DNA of 64,000 nt, from NCBI GenBank assembly GCA_964016885.1, contig OZ024743.1, forward strand, positions 61,132,001 through 61,196,000, given 5' to 3'. The position numbers were made by a program, and so were the translations under genes. This stretch comes from Eledone cirrhosa. Taxonomy: Eukaryota. This document shows positions 1 through 12,444 of this stretch, piece after piece; the stretch's first letter is position 1; every line of letters begins with the position of its first letter. Below the pieces are notes generated by a model, which was given only the letters and a program-made list of their open reading frames with translations, had not been told where the DNA came from and made no database searches.

Positions 1-184
1 TAACAAAGTCATTAAAATTTAGTTGTTTTTTTTTGTTTTAGTTTTTAGTTTTTTATATACTTAGGACATAGTAATGTAATCTTTTTACAAAATAATACAG
101 ATTTTATATATGGTTTCTTGAATGCAGCCTTATTATATTACAAGTTACTTAATACGGTCATTCAACTCGAAAAAGTGCCTAACC

Positions 185-1050
185 TCTGCTGACATTAATG
201 TTACAGTGATAATGTAAGCCGTGTCTGACATAATGGTGTTACAGTTATCAAGTAAATATTGTGTATCATTTCGTTGTTATATATAAATGTAGATAATATG
301 TGATATATAAATGCGGGCAGCGAGTGACATATAAATGTAGGCAGCATGTGACAACGTGTGACATAGAGTTATGATGTACTTAATAATTGATATAATGGTT
401 GTTACAGTCATAATGATGATACTTTCTGACATAATGGTATTACAGTTACAATGTAGTCAATGTGTGATAAAGTTAGTCATACTATAGGCACTACCTGACA
501 TAAAAAGGTTAAAGCGATAATGATATTGCTGTTACATAATGGTTTTACACTAATAATGAATGCCCTGTGTAACATAATTCTGTTATAATGTAAATATAGG
601 CAACGTGTACCTTAATGCTGTTACAGAGATAATTCAAGTGTGAAATGAAGGTCTTACAGAAATAATTTATGTACTGCGTAACATAATATTGCTACAGTGA
701 TAATGAAGACTGATTATGACATAGTGATGTAAAAGAAATAATGGTGGGACTGTGTAAAAATGCTGTCTGTTACAGAGATAATGCAGACACAGTGTAACAT
801 GGTGGGTTTACAGAAGTAATTTACGTACTGAGTAACATAATGAACTTACAATGAAAATATAGGAACAGTATGGCATAACAGATATTTTCAGTAAAAATGA
901 AAGCAGTGTGTGACATAAAGATATTACAATGATAAAAGAAACGCAATGTTGTATTACGGTATTACAGAGTTAATGTAGGAGCTGTAAGACTAGAACACGT
1001 AATAGAGTAATTGAGTAATGAAATCACTATGTGGCATAATAATGTCATAA
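185..1050. repeat. Degenerate ~38-bp tandem minisatellite (approx. TGACATAATGGTGTTACAGTGATAATGTAGGCACTGTG)
   Basis: TGACAT/TAACAT...TTACAG..ATAAT motif recurs about every 37-39 bp (e.g. 190, 227, 496, 570, 680, 717, 795, 833, 911). Confidence 0.7.
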
Positions 1051-1429
1051 CGACAAAAAGCTCGGATGGGTGGGCCGCAGCCCCTATTATTAAACGATAC
1101 CTCTTATAAGATACAACATCATAAAACGCCAGCTTAAGCTATATGGGAGTGGGCTGTAAGAAGAATGACAACAGAAACAACAGCAACCACAGCTTGGACA
1201 ATTATAGATGAAATATTAAACATGAAATGTTCAGACAATGTAAAACACAATTATAGAATAGAGTGGTCATTTTAGTCCTTCAAAAATACACAAAATCTGT
1301 TGCATTGGAACTGTCAATGATCAGATGGAAAACAGTGGGACGAAGGATTTGACACCAAGATATAGCTAAATAGTAAATGTGAAGGGAAGTTAATAGTTTT
1401 TGTGTATTTTTGAATGTCTAAATAGCTAC

Positions 1430-1770
1430 TCTACGCTGTAATTTATTTAGTTTCAACACATGGTCTCAAATCGAGTCACTTGGCCAAAAAGTACTATTGT
1501 GGCTAACATTACGCATTTGCACGAGAATTAATTGACACGGTCTCAAATCAGTCCACTTGCCAGACAGGTACAACTTTGGCTTAAAAGATTCTTCCAAGCT
1601 GTAATCACCTTAATTTGAACATACAGTCTCAGATTAAGTCACTTGCAAGTCATTTATAACAGTTGCTAAAATTATTATTCTATGCTGTAACTGGTTTAGT
1701 TTCAACATAGGGGCTAAGACCAAGTCTCTTGACAGAGTGTTACAATTCCGAAATGTTAAATGTTAAAAGC
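1430..1770. repeat. Degenerate ~85-bp tandem repeat, about 4 copies
   Basis: GCTGTAA...TTTCAACA(C/T)A.GGTCTCA(A/G)AT..AGTCACTTG blocks recur near 1435, 1520, 1600 and 1685. Confidence 0.6.
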
Positions 1771-2084
1771 GATAATAATTTTACCATCAGAGTTTGGTCG
1801 AACCATTTCTTTCGACTTCTCCTCGAATGACACAGATTTTTCTGTCATCGGGAAGTCGACTGTTTTTTGTTCCACTGTGTCTTCTTTCCCTGTCATAGGG
1901 ACCTCTACGGATTTGTCCTCCATTGCGTCTTCTTTTTATTTCATTTAAAACCAACTTAATTCTTTATACAAACTAAAATGAAATAAAAAAAATAAAAAAT
2001 TACAAAAAGTAAAAAAGATATGGAAACGTGATTGTTTCTTATTAATCGTTTCTATGTATGGCTAATTAAATTTAAGTTGATTAG

Positions 2085-2416
2085 CATATCATGAAATCAG
2101 TTCTTGATCATCTGTACATGTATCCTTATATGACTGTGTACGTATGTTTCCAGTGTTTGGATGTATATATATATATGGTCGATTGTGTGAAAATATTAAT
2201 TCATATTATCAGAACATACACACACACACAAACATACACACATGTATATGTATATATATATATACATGTGTGTGTGTGTGTGTATGTTCTGATAATAAGA
2301 ATTAATATTTTCACACAATCGAGCATATATATATATACATCCCAACACTGGAAACATACGTACACGGTCATATAAGGATACATGTACAGATGATCAAGAA
2401 CTGATTTCATGATATG
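2085..2416. repeat. Near-perfect fold-back inverted repeat centred on a (TA)n tract
   Basis: CATATCATGAAATCAGTTCTTGATCATCTGTAC... (2085) is the reverse complement of ...GTACAGATGATCAAGAACTGATTTCATGATATG (2416); arms about 150 bp with a few mismatches. Confidence 0.95.
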
Positions 2417-2475
2417 TCGTAAATACCTGGATAAAATCCTTCTCTTAATGTTTATCTGTGTTTTCTCTTTTATAC

Positions 2476-2519
<44 letters not shown>

Positions 2520-3448
2520 CATGTATTTGTGTGTATGTGTGTGTGTATATATACATACATACGTCTGTTTCATGAGAACTCAATGAAATGGCCAGTTCGT
2601 TAAATTCGTGTGTGTGATTGGGTATTTCACAGTTAAGTATATCCTCAACGTAATTCAGCGTGAGACAAAGCTGGACCTTAGATTTACAAACATATTATCC
2701 TTCAGGCTTCCGAAACGATTCCGTCAACCTGTCGGAAGGCACACAAAGCCTCTGGATTAGGAAACGAGCGTTTTAAACATTCTGCCATCTTACATCCTTA
2801 TTATCCTATATATTCATACAAAACTCGACCCCATGTAAATGTCAACTCTTTTTGCCAAGAAATTTGGTATATATTCCATATACGTCGTGTGAAAAATCAA
2901 GCCTGAATCTGCACGAACAACAGATCAATATTTCTGAATGAAGGAATTATCTTGAGAACAACTATTATGACGAGGAAAATAATTTTAATCTGCTTTTACA
3001 TCCTGATGTATACAAGTGAAGATATGTAAATAATTATAAGAGCTACACTACTTTATTTATGTGTGTTGCTAATAAGAATTGCATTTTGATGTGTAAAAAT
3101 ATAGGGATATTTCCTGTAATTAATTGTTTTTGTTTTGTCTTGTTGTTGTTGTTTTGTTATTCAACTAAAAGTTATAGAAACGATAAATAGCTACAAAATT
3201 ATAATCGATAATTTTTGTTGAATTTCATTAAATGCACAAAACAAAACAAAAGAAAAATCAATATTGAGATATACTAAACATATTTCTGAATAAATCATTG
3301 ATTAAAGCAACAGGGCAAACAGGTTTTCAGGTATTTATCATAAAAGTTCATATATTTAAATGACTGTATCAACGTTTCCCGCCAAAATGTTAAATATCAA
3401 ATATGTGTGTGAGTCTGGGTGTGTGTGTATGCGTATATATATATATAC

Positions 3449-3524
<76 letters not shown>

Positions 3525-3544
3525 ATATATATATAAATATTTTT

Positions 3545-3736
3545 GTTTTTGATTAAAAATCGTGTGTTGAAACAAATATTGTTATATTTGGGGAGGGTCA
3601 TATTGTTGTAATATTGCCAGAAACAATAATAAAACACACTCACTGTTTGGTTTGGATTGGTTTTCGCTTCTGTATCTTTTATATCTCTATAGTTAATTTA
3701 CCTGGCTATCAATGTTCATCATTGATTAAGCAACGG

Positions 3737-3831
<95 letters not shown>

Positions 3832-4269
3832 ATGCTTTGGAAGGGTCATGTTGCCAATAAGAAACACACGCACCAGTTGCTTTCACTTCAATTTATTATT
3901 CAAATTATTACACCTGGATGTAACACATGCGCAAACTAAGCACACACCACACACACAAACAAGATGGCGTAGGACAGAACAAAGGAGAGGCACAAATATA
4001 AAGAAAAAAATCCCCAGTCACTGAAGAGGTAACATAATGTGTGACGAAAGAACTTTGACAATATATGAACAATCGTCTGGTTGTGGAACCAACCAACCAA
4101 CCGGAAATTTATAAATTCTTAAATTTATAAATTTAATTTATAATAAATTGAAGTGAAAGCAACTGGTGCGTGTTTTTCTTATTTGCAACATGACCCTCCC
4201 AAAGCATAACAATATCGGTTTCAACACACGTTTTCAGATAAAGAATCTTGCTAAACAAATTCAGAAACG

Positions 4270-4270
<1 letters not shown>
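3545..4270. repeat. Cluster of short repeat modules in direct and inverted orientation between (TA)n tracts
   Basis: TATTGTTAT..TTGG.AGGGTCAT.TTG module at ~3577 and ~3825 (+) and its reverse complement at 4135-4235. Confidence 0.75.
4017..4059 (+). ncRNA. Degenerate minimal type I hammerhead motif (Penelope-associated)
   Basis: GTCA-CTGAAGA-(G)GTAACAT/AAT/GTGTGAC-GAAA-GAAC-TT-TGAC; stem I GTCA/TGAC; related copy on minus strand at 4324-4363 with a CTGATGA core. Confidence 0.5.
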
Positions 4271-4318
<48 letters not shown>

Positions 4319-4319
4319 G

Positions 4320-5258
4320 TCTATCAAAGTTCTTTCATCACACAACTGTGACATCATCAGTTGTACTGTTATGTTTCCTCTCCTTGTATTGTAATGTCAT
4401 TTTTATTTATCTATTAATTTATTCTTGTGTGTGTTTGCACATGCGTTTACGTGTCTTTTCTGTTTGGTGTGAGTGTTCGTGTATGAGTCTGTGTGTGTTT
4501 GTATTCTATCTTTGTTCATTAGTGTGTGTCTATGTGTGGTTATTGTTTTTTGTACCTGTGTATATTTAGTTATTTATATTTATCTTAGGTCAGTATTTTG
4601 TGTTTGGGTATGGTTATTGTTGTTATTCTATTCATTTTTTATGTTCAACTTTGGTTTTCTTAGTTCTATTTCAGTTGCTTCTCTGATTTATTTACCTGTT
4701 GAATCATTTCTATGTTTTGATATTATTTTGATTTCTATGTTGTTTATATTACCATCATGTCTTTGTCTATCGTGTTCATATAGTACCGAACCGTCTTTTT
4801 GTCCTTTTAGTTCACCCCAGTGTTGGTCTATTCCCTCTCCTATGCTTCGAGCTGTCACACCTATGTATGTTGTTGTCATGTTTCTGCAAGTACCCTCTGT
4901 ACATCTTATGTCATAGACTACATATCTAGTTTTACAATTTATATGTGGATTCTACATAAAACGCGTTTCTTATTCGCACACTGAGTTTTCTTAACGGCGT
5001 ATGTTTTGTTGATTAGGGATTTTATGGTCGTTCCTCGCTTTTCTATCACTTCAATCTTTAGACGTGTCTTTCGTAGGGCCTTTCTAAATTGATTAGCTAA
5101 TTTCCCTCCAGGGGTTGCATCCACGAACATGACACTTTGGTATCTCTGGTTGTCGTACCATGAAGTGGCTTTCCTTATCTTATGTTTAGTCCTACCTATG
5201 CTTTGTGAATTTAGACATTCCGGATTATGGCGCACCAATAATGCACTCCTACACCTTT
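4320..5258 (-). mobile_element. 3' fragment of a Penelope-like element (GIY-YIG endonuclease with CCHH, Naiad-like), frameshifted
   Basis: Minus-strand translation WYDNQRYQSVMFVDATPGGKLA...KIEVIEKRGTTIKSLI, then after a frameshift NCKTRYVVYDIRCTEGTCRNMTTTYIGVTARSIGEGIDQHW...SVLYEHDRQRH; HHR-like motif in the 3' region (4324-4363) abutting (TA)n. Confidence 0.8.
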
Positions 5259-5510
5259 TAATAAAATGTGTAAAATTGCAAACAAAGGTCTGTACTTAAG
5301 AAAAATATTCAATTTTGTATCATTTAGATTTAGAGCAACTTAACAAACATTATATAGGTTTAACTTGTAAAGAAAATAACATACGGTATACATACACATA
5401 TAATTGGCGTAACGTCCAGTCTGATATTCATACTTGTCGAAGGACAAACTTTTAAATTCATTTATTATCTTACGCTAACTTCAAATAATTAATCCCAATA
5501 GACATTATTA

Positions 5511-5699
5511 GTATGGATTGGCAGTATCGGTAGAGGGTCGGACGCCATGCTTTGCAGCATAGAGTTACGGCTCTTGCCATTCTGTGTTCAAATCCCGCCG
5601 AGGTTAACTTTGCCTTTCATCCTTACCGGGTCGATAAAATAAAGTACCAGTAATACACTGGTTGATTGCTGGCCTTGTGCCAAAAGTAGAAACAATTAT
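5511..5699 (+). mobile_element. tRNA-derived SINE with Nin-type central domain
   Basis: A-box-like TGGCAGTATCGG, B-box GTTCAAATCC, then CCGAGGTTAACTTTGCCTTTCATCCTT.CGGGGTCGATAAAATAAAGTACCAG; more than 15 copies in the window. Confidence 0.85.
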
Positions 5700-5988
5700 A
5701 ACTATTACACTGATATTTTCTTCAGAATTGAATCCGATAAAATACACACGCACGTGCGCGCGCGCACACACATGAGTGTGTCTATGTTTGTGCATTTGTT
5801 CATATGCATGCATGTTTGAGTGTGTGTACGAATGTATGCGTGTTTATGTATATATGTATGTATGTATATATCCGTGTATTTATGTTTGCATGCGAAGACT
5901 CATCGAGAAAAAGATATATTTCAAATGAATAAAAATCATTAGAAAAGTAATTCTTATTGTTTAAATATAATTTACAATACTAAGTATT

Positions 5989-6055
<67 letters not shown>

Positions 6056-6124
6056 GTAGTAGTAGTAGTAGGTAGTTAGTTAGTTAGTTAGTTAGTTAGG
6101 TAGGTAGGTAGTAAATCCTAGTTA

Positions 6125-7710
6125 TAGAGCAACTCAAGTTCGTAGAGCAGCTTTGAATATTCACACATACGTCTAAGAATTGAATTATCTTCACAAGTAT
6201 TTGCTACACACAACATGGCTGGACACAATAACGAGAAAGTTAAACAGTCATTTTATTTGTATTTACATAAGGAACCAAAACTTTAAACTGCATTCTTCTT
6301 GGAGTTACGAAATCAATAACGAATAATTGTTATAAAACGGCAAAAAAATCGCTGAGTTGACTATATGAACAGAATAAAGCTGTATTGGGACGAACGACCC
6401 CTAGAGATACGGGTGGTGAATTAGCAGTATCGGTAGAGAGTCAGACGCCATGCTTTGCAGCAAAGAGTTACGGCCCTTTATGGTCTGAGTTCAAATACTG
6501 CCGAGGTTAACTTTGCCTTTCATCCTTACGGAGTCGATAAAATAAAGTACCAGTAATACACTGGGATAATTGCTGGCCTTGTGCCAAAAGTAGAAGTAAT
6601 TATTTCATAGCCAACAACTACAGCGTAATAATAATATAAACATTATTCACAACAATAATGGGAAACCTTTAAACATAACAACACTAAGTGGGCATTCTCC
6701 TAGATCAGGCATACAACCAGCACGTGGCCATATAACCAGCACGCGTCACACCAGGCTGACATGTATCTAGGTTTTTTTGTAGCCTGTCCAACCATCAATA
6801 TCAAACAACAGCAATACACAAACAGTCTCTTTAAATAGCCATGGCGTCGACAATTTGACACCACGTTTCACAACAGACCTTACCTCGACTTCTAGAGCAG
6901 TTGATGGTTAACATGACTGCGAGGTATATCAATATCAAAATACCGTCAATAATAATATGTCTACAATTAGCTGGGAAAGTTGAAATATATCCTTAGTGAA
7001 GCTTTTCAAAAAGAGATTAATTCAGGTTTGAAACTTTCTCTAAAAAAAGACATAAACGTTAATATTGAACAAGAAACCAAATAAAGAAATTCTATGTGCT
7101 ATCCACGAAATTAGGGGTGAATATTTACGACAAATTAAAGCCCCTACACTTTGGGAAATTAACGTCTATCTATATGACCTAGCAACGACAGTAAAGGATT
7201 GTCTTTGTGATAATACAGATGTTAACAAAAACAAAACAGAAAAAATGCCATCGTATATTTGAAAGATAGAAAAAAAGATCGCTGGACTGCGAAAAACTAT
7301 CGACCATATGACAATGATTATCACATAGTAAAAAATGATTATAATATAGTAAAAAAAAAAAGACTATAGTCCTCACCAACAAAAAGTGAAATGGAAATGA
7401 TGTTTGGAGACAGTAGAAACAAAACTGTTCAGTGTTGTTCACACTCAAACAAGAATTAGGAGCTGTCAACGATAAACACCAATATCAGTGTGACTGAAAG
7501 GAAAATGATTAATAAAAGAATCAGCCAATATAGAGATTTTAGGAGCAAATCAATAAATATCACTGATTCCCCGTCCCATAAAGACATATTCTTTCTGGGG
7601 GGAAAATATGGGGTGAGGGATAGAAGTTCAATTAAGATGCAGTGAGGTTGAAAGAAATTTGCATTACAGCAAAAATGTCCAGCATTAATGATAACTTTGA
7701 GACTGTGATT
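6125..7710 (+). mobile_element. Highly degenerate R4/Dong-like LINE N-terminal remnant interrupted by SINEs
   Basis: Fragments such as TLWEINVYLYDLATTV and a decayed pre-RT region resembling the start of the 21231 ORF; many stops. Confidence 0.4.
6411..6603 (+). mobile_element. Nin-type SINE copy
   Basis: Same sequence as 5511-5699. Confidence 0.85.
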
Positions 7711-7712
7711 TC

Positions 7713-7864
7713 AGTTGCAGTATCGGCAGAGCGTCAGATAACATGCTTTGTAACATAGTGTTATGGCCCTTTACGTTCTGAGTTAAAATCCCGCCGAGGT
7801 TAACTTTGCCTTTCATCCAGTAATGCACTGGGGTAATTGCTGGCCTTGTGCAAAAAGTAGAAAC
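7713..7864 (+). mobile_element. Nin-type SINE copy (internally deleted)
   Basis: Same head and tail as 5511-5699, missing part of the central domain. Confidence 0.8.
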
Positions 7865-8686
7865 GTGTTTATAATGTTAAGTTTAATGGGATTTTTTTTA
7901 TCATCAGACGTTTATTTAAGGTTTAATTTGGATGCAGCATATCCGAATGGCAACAAAGTCCTCTTCAAAATCACGCAACCCTCTGAGTATTATTTGGGGT
8001 AGGTGTCTTTTTCTAATGCCTCAAGTCGACCCACACCTAACGAGTGAATTTGGTTTGATGGTAAATGTAGGAAAATTCTTTAGAGATAATTTACTTGTAA
8101 TTCAACCTGTGTTGGCCTCTTCCACTCGGGAATTATGTTATGGATACACGCATCTGTTGAACAGATAGCCATTTACACGCTAATTAAATAAATATGTATT
8201 TATTGTTAATCAAAGTACTGCAGAGCAAGATTCATTTATTAATTTAGATCTTAATTTTAAGACGGAATTATGTACCTTTTTTTAAGTTTCGAGTTACAAA
8301 CGTCATTAGCCAGACCGGACCTTACTCCGGTGTCATGCGGCTTTAATTCACTGATAGTAACATAGGCTAATCTATGACAGTTGAAAAGTAACTTGGTCAA
8401 AAACACAATGTGTCGATCATTGACCCGAACTTACGATGTTGAGGTCAACACCCTGTCCTCTAGGGTGGAAGAAATTGTCCGTTAATATCTTCGTTATATC
8501 GTAACTGTGTTTGGAAAACATATCAACATGTAACATCCAAGTATATATTATGAGCTTTCCTCACGAAAATATCTGCTGCCTTTATATATATAATTGTAAG
8601 CCAAGGAATGTTATTAATTGAAATTACATAATGAATATATCATGTATATATTTATATATATATGTGTGTATGAGTGTGTGTGTGTG

Positions 8687-8817
<131 letters not shown>

Positions 8818-8848
8818 GTTAAATATAGTATATATATATATATATATA

Positions 8849-9420
8849 CGTTATTCCGGGTTGAATCGGAGGTAACCACAGTAAGTAAGGTACTCAATAC
8901 ATAGCAGAGTATAACAGTTTTAATATAGATGAGATTCTACAGGACTAGAACTGTTTCATTCATTAGAAATCATCAGGAATCTGGGTATCAAAAAATAAAT
9001 ATGGTATTTATAGGTCTCTACAAGTGGTAGGAGAGGGTGGGGAGTGGGATGGGTGCAGGTCATTGGTTGATAGAAAAGGGAATTCATTAAAAGCTAATTC
9101 TACAAAGCTATAGTTAATTTTTATTTATATTTATTTATGTTTTTAGAGTAACAAAGGCAGACAGAATTCTATAAACAGGTTCCGGATGGCATACCATTCC
9201 TTGTCAATAAGTTTCTCTTAAGCTAACAGATGTCTATAAAATCAGTGGGGGGTCAGTCATGCTCGATAGAATTAAAGAAAAGGGAGATTCTTTAAAAGCT
9301 AAAGTCATTAAGGTTCTACTAAGTGACAAAGGTCTAGGGAATTCTGCAGACAGATTCAAAATACTGAGTGCATATCTTACTATTATCTTCGAACTTCTCT
9401 TAAACTAATCAACAATATGC
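8849..9420 (-). mobile_element. Short HHR-bearing element (family A, Penelope pLTR/retrozyme-like) inserted at (TA)n
   Basis: Shares sequence with 10458-10662 (inverted), 31390-31578, 51300-51424 and 55660-55870; its 3' end abuts (TA)n. Confidence 0.75.
8932..8982 (-). ncRNA. Type I hammerhead ribozyme motif (family A)
   Basis: Minus strand AGATTC-CTGATGA-T-TTC/TAAT/GAA-T-GAAA-CAG/TTCTAGTC/CTG-TA-GAATCT: 6-bp stem I, intact CUGAUGA and GAAA boxes, GUA cleavage triplet. Confidence 0.85.
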
Positions 9421-9705
9421 CAAAATCAACAGACACATTCACAAAAAAACAAAAAAAAAACAAAAAAACAAAAAAACAGAAAAACAAAAAAACACACATA
9501 AAAAACAAAAAAACACACATACTCACTCACACACTTACGCGCAACCATAAACACACACACAAACACATATACACACATAAAAACACACACACATATATAA
9601 AAAATATATAAATATATACAAATATATATTCATGTACACACACATACATACACACATACATACATACATACATACATATATAATACATATACACATATAC
9701 ATACG

Positions 9706-9759
<54 letters not shown>

Positions 9760-9798
9760 CACACACATACACACATACACACACACACACATATATAC

Positions 9799-9841
<43 letters not shown>

Positions 9842-10011
9842 AATATATATATATATATATATACATATATATATACACACACAGATACACACACACATAC
9901 ACATACATACACACACACACACATATATACACAAATAAATACACTCACACGCATACATACAAACACGAGTATACATATGTATAAATATCTATACACACAC
10001 ACATACACACA

Positions 10012-10045
<34 letters not shown>

Positions 10046-10060
10046 CATACACATATATAT

Positions 10061-10156
<96 letters not shown>

Positions 10157-10303
10157 ATACACACACATACAAATACATATATATATATATATATATATCC
10201 ATACATACACAAACATACACATACATACACAGACCTATACATAAATATACACATATATATACAGACATATAACGCACATATACACACACATATATATATA
10301 CAT

Positions 10304-10367
<64 letters not shown>

Positions 10368-10455
10368 GCAAGTATGCATGTACACGTACACACATATATG
10401 TATATAGACGCACAGTAGCACGCACATATATATATATATACATATATACATACAA
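9420..10455. repeat. Compound (TA)n/(CA)n/(TACA)n microsatellite
   Basis: Directly visible; source of spurious YI/HT/CV ORFs. Confidence 0.95.
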
Positions 10456-10594
10456 AAAATTAACTATAGCTTTGTAGAATTAGCTTTTAATGAATTCCCT
10501 TTTCTATCAACCAATGACCTGCACCCATCCCACTCCCCACCCTCTCCTACCACTTGTAGAGACCTATAAATACCATATTTATTTTTTGATACCC

Positions 10595-10645
10595 AGATTC
10601 CTGATGATTTCTAATGAATGAAACAGTTCTAGTCTTGTAGAATCT
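10595..10645 (+). ncRNA. Type I hammerhead ribozyme motif (family A), within an inverted copy at 10458-10662
   Basis: AGATTC-CTGATGA-TTTCTAATGAAT-GAAA-CAGTTCTAGTCTTG-TA-GAATCT. Confidence 0.85.
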
Positions 10646-11259
10646 CATCTATATTAAAACTATATATATATATATATATATATATATGAAGAACAGGTAA
10701 GCAGAGTATTGAAGGCTCGTTGAAGACAGCATATTAATGATACAAATACAATTCTGTTAATGGTGTCTGAGATATTCTCAGGCTAATCAATTTAATATAA
10801 ATAAATGACTTAATGACCATCGAAACTCCAGTAACAACTAATAATATGATTGCATTTTCATAATTATATTATATCATATTATCTATCTATATATATATAT
10901 ATATATATCCAAAATTAAGATAAATCAAATGAATTAATCTAAATCAAAATTATGTAGATATACCACGTGTTGCTGGCCAGTTGCTGATTTTAACTTGAAG
11001 TGTAAACACGGATCGCTGGAACTTCTTCCTTGTTGAAAATCCAAGTCTCCACTTCCATGGTTTACCATCCGATTAATTGGTGAAATATATTTCTTTAATG
11101 GAATATATACAAGGAAGATTAATCTTATTATAAGGTATCTATTTTTGAAGTTCTGGTCAACTTTATTTAGTTACCTACCTAGCTATGTGTGGTTACACAC
11201 TTGTAAAAATTATCTCCTGTGATTATTCATGTTTATTTATATGTTAATCAATTTCTAGT

Positions 11260-11310
<51 letters not shown>

Positions 11311-11313
<3 letters not shown>

Positions 11314-11488
11314 GTTTCTACTTTTGGCACAAGGCCAGCAATTATCCAGTGCATTACTGGTACTTTATTTTATCGACCCCGTAAGGATGAAAGGCAAAGT
11401 TAACCTCGGCGGGATTTGAACTCAAACCATAAAGGGGCGTAACTCTTTGCTGCAAAGCATAGCGTCAGACCTTCTACCGATACTGCCA
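11311..11488 (-). mobile_element. Nin-type SINE copy
   Basis: Reverse complement of 5511-5699. Confidence 0.85.
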
Positions 11489-11742
<254 letters not shown>

Positions 11743-11750
<8 letters not shown>

Positions 11751-11848
11751 AAATTTCAGTATTCTCAGCGCGCGAAAGGTACCCGTTACCAGTTGTTTAC
11801 TATTTGCATAGTAAAATGTTTGGGACTAAGATATAACCACAAATCGAA

Positions 11849-11928
<80 letters not shown>

Positions 11929-12299
11929 AAGATAGAAAGATATGAGAAAAGAGGGGGTTAAAGGGAGAAACTATGCGAGAAACTATGTTGCGATATTATA
12001 TTGCAAGTTTATTGATAGGGGGCTGACGATCCAAATAACGCCAAGTACATTATTCTTGTTAATCTTTCACTCCATCTTTCTATCGATCTCTCCATCGTTC
12101 TAGTCCACATTTTTCTCCTTGCTTCCACTTTCCCTCTCTCTCCCTTTAACCCCTTCTTTTTTCATCTCTTTCTCATTCTCTCTCTCTCTCTCTTTCCGTT
12201 CGATTTGTGGTTATATCTTAACCCAAACAATTCTACTATGAAAATAGTATACAGCTGGTAACGACTACATTCCGCGCTGAGAATACTCAAATCTTATGA

Positions 12300-12302
<3 letters not shown>
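11743..12302. mobile_element. MITE-like element with long imperfect terminal inverted repeats
   Basis: TATTCATAAAATTTCAGTATTCTCAGCGCG...AAGATATAACCACAAATCGAA-(GA)n mirrors (TC)n-TTCGATTTGTGGTTATATCTT...CGCGCTGAGAATACTCAAATCTTATGAATA; no ORF. Confidence 0.75.
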
Positions 12303-12391
<89 letters not shown>

Positions 12392-12444
12392 CGGAGAAAG
12401 TGTGGTAAGGAACCAGGTGGACTATAACACACCAGAGTACTTAC

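Noticed and set aside
4690-4990. Selenocysteine (UGA) recoding reported for some Naiad elements
   Set aside because: Cys positions of the finger are TGT/TGC (one CGC); the break is a frameshift, not an in-frame TGA
5511-5600. tRNA genes
   Set aside because: A/B boxes belong to SINE heads; no cloverleaf, and they run into the SINE body
9417-10477. Long ORFs (up to 306 aa) rich in YI/HT/CV
   Set aside because: Translations of stop-free dinucleotide/tetranucleotide microsatellites; the same applies to similar ORFs throughout the window
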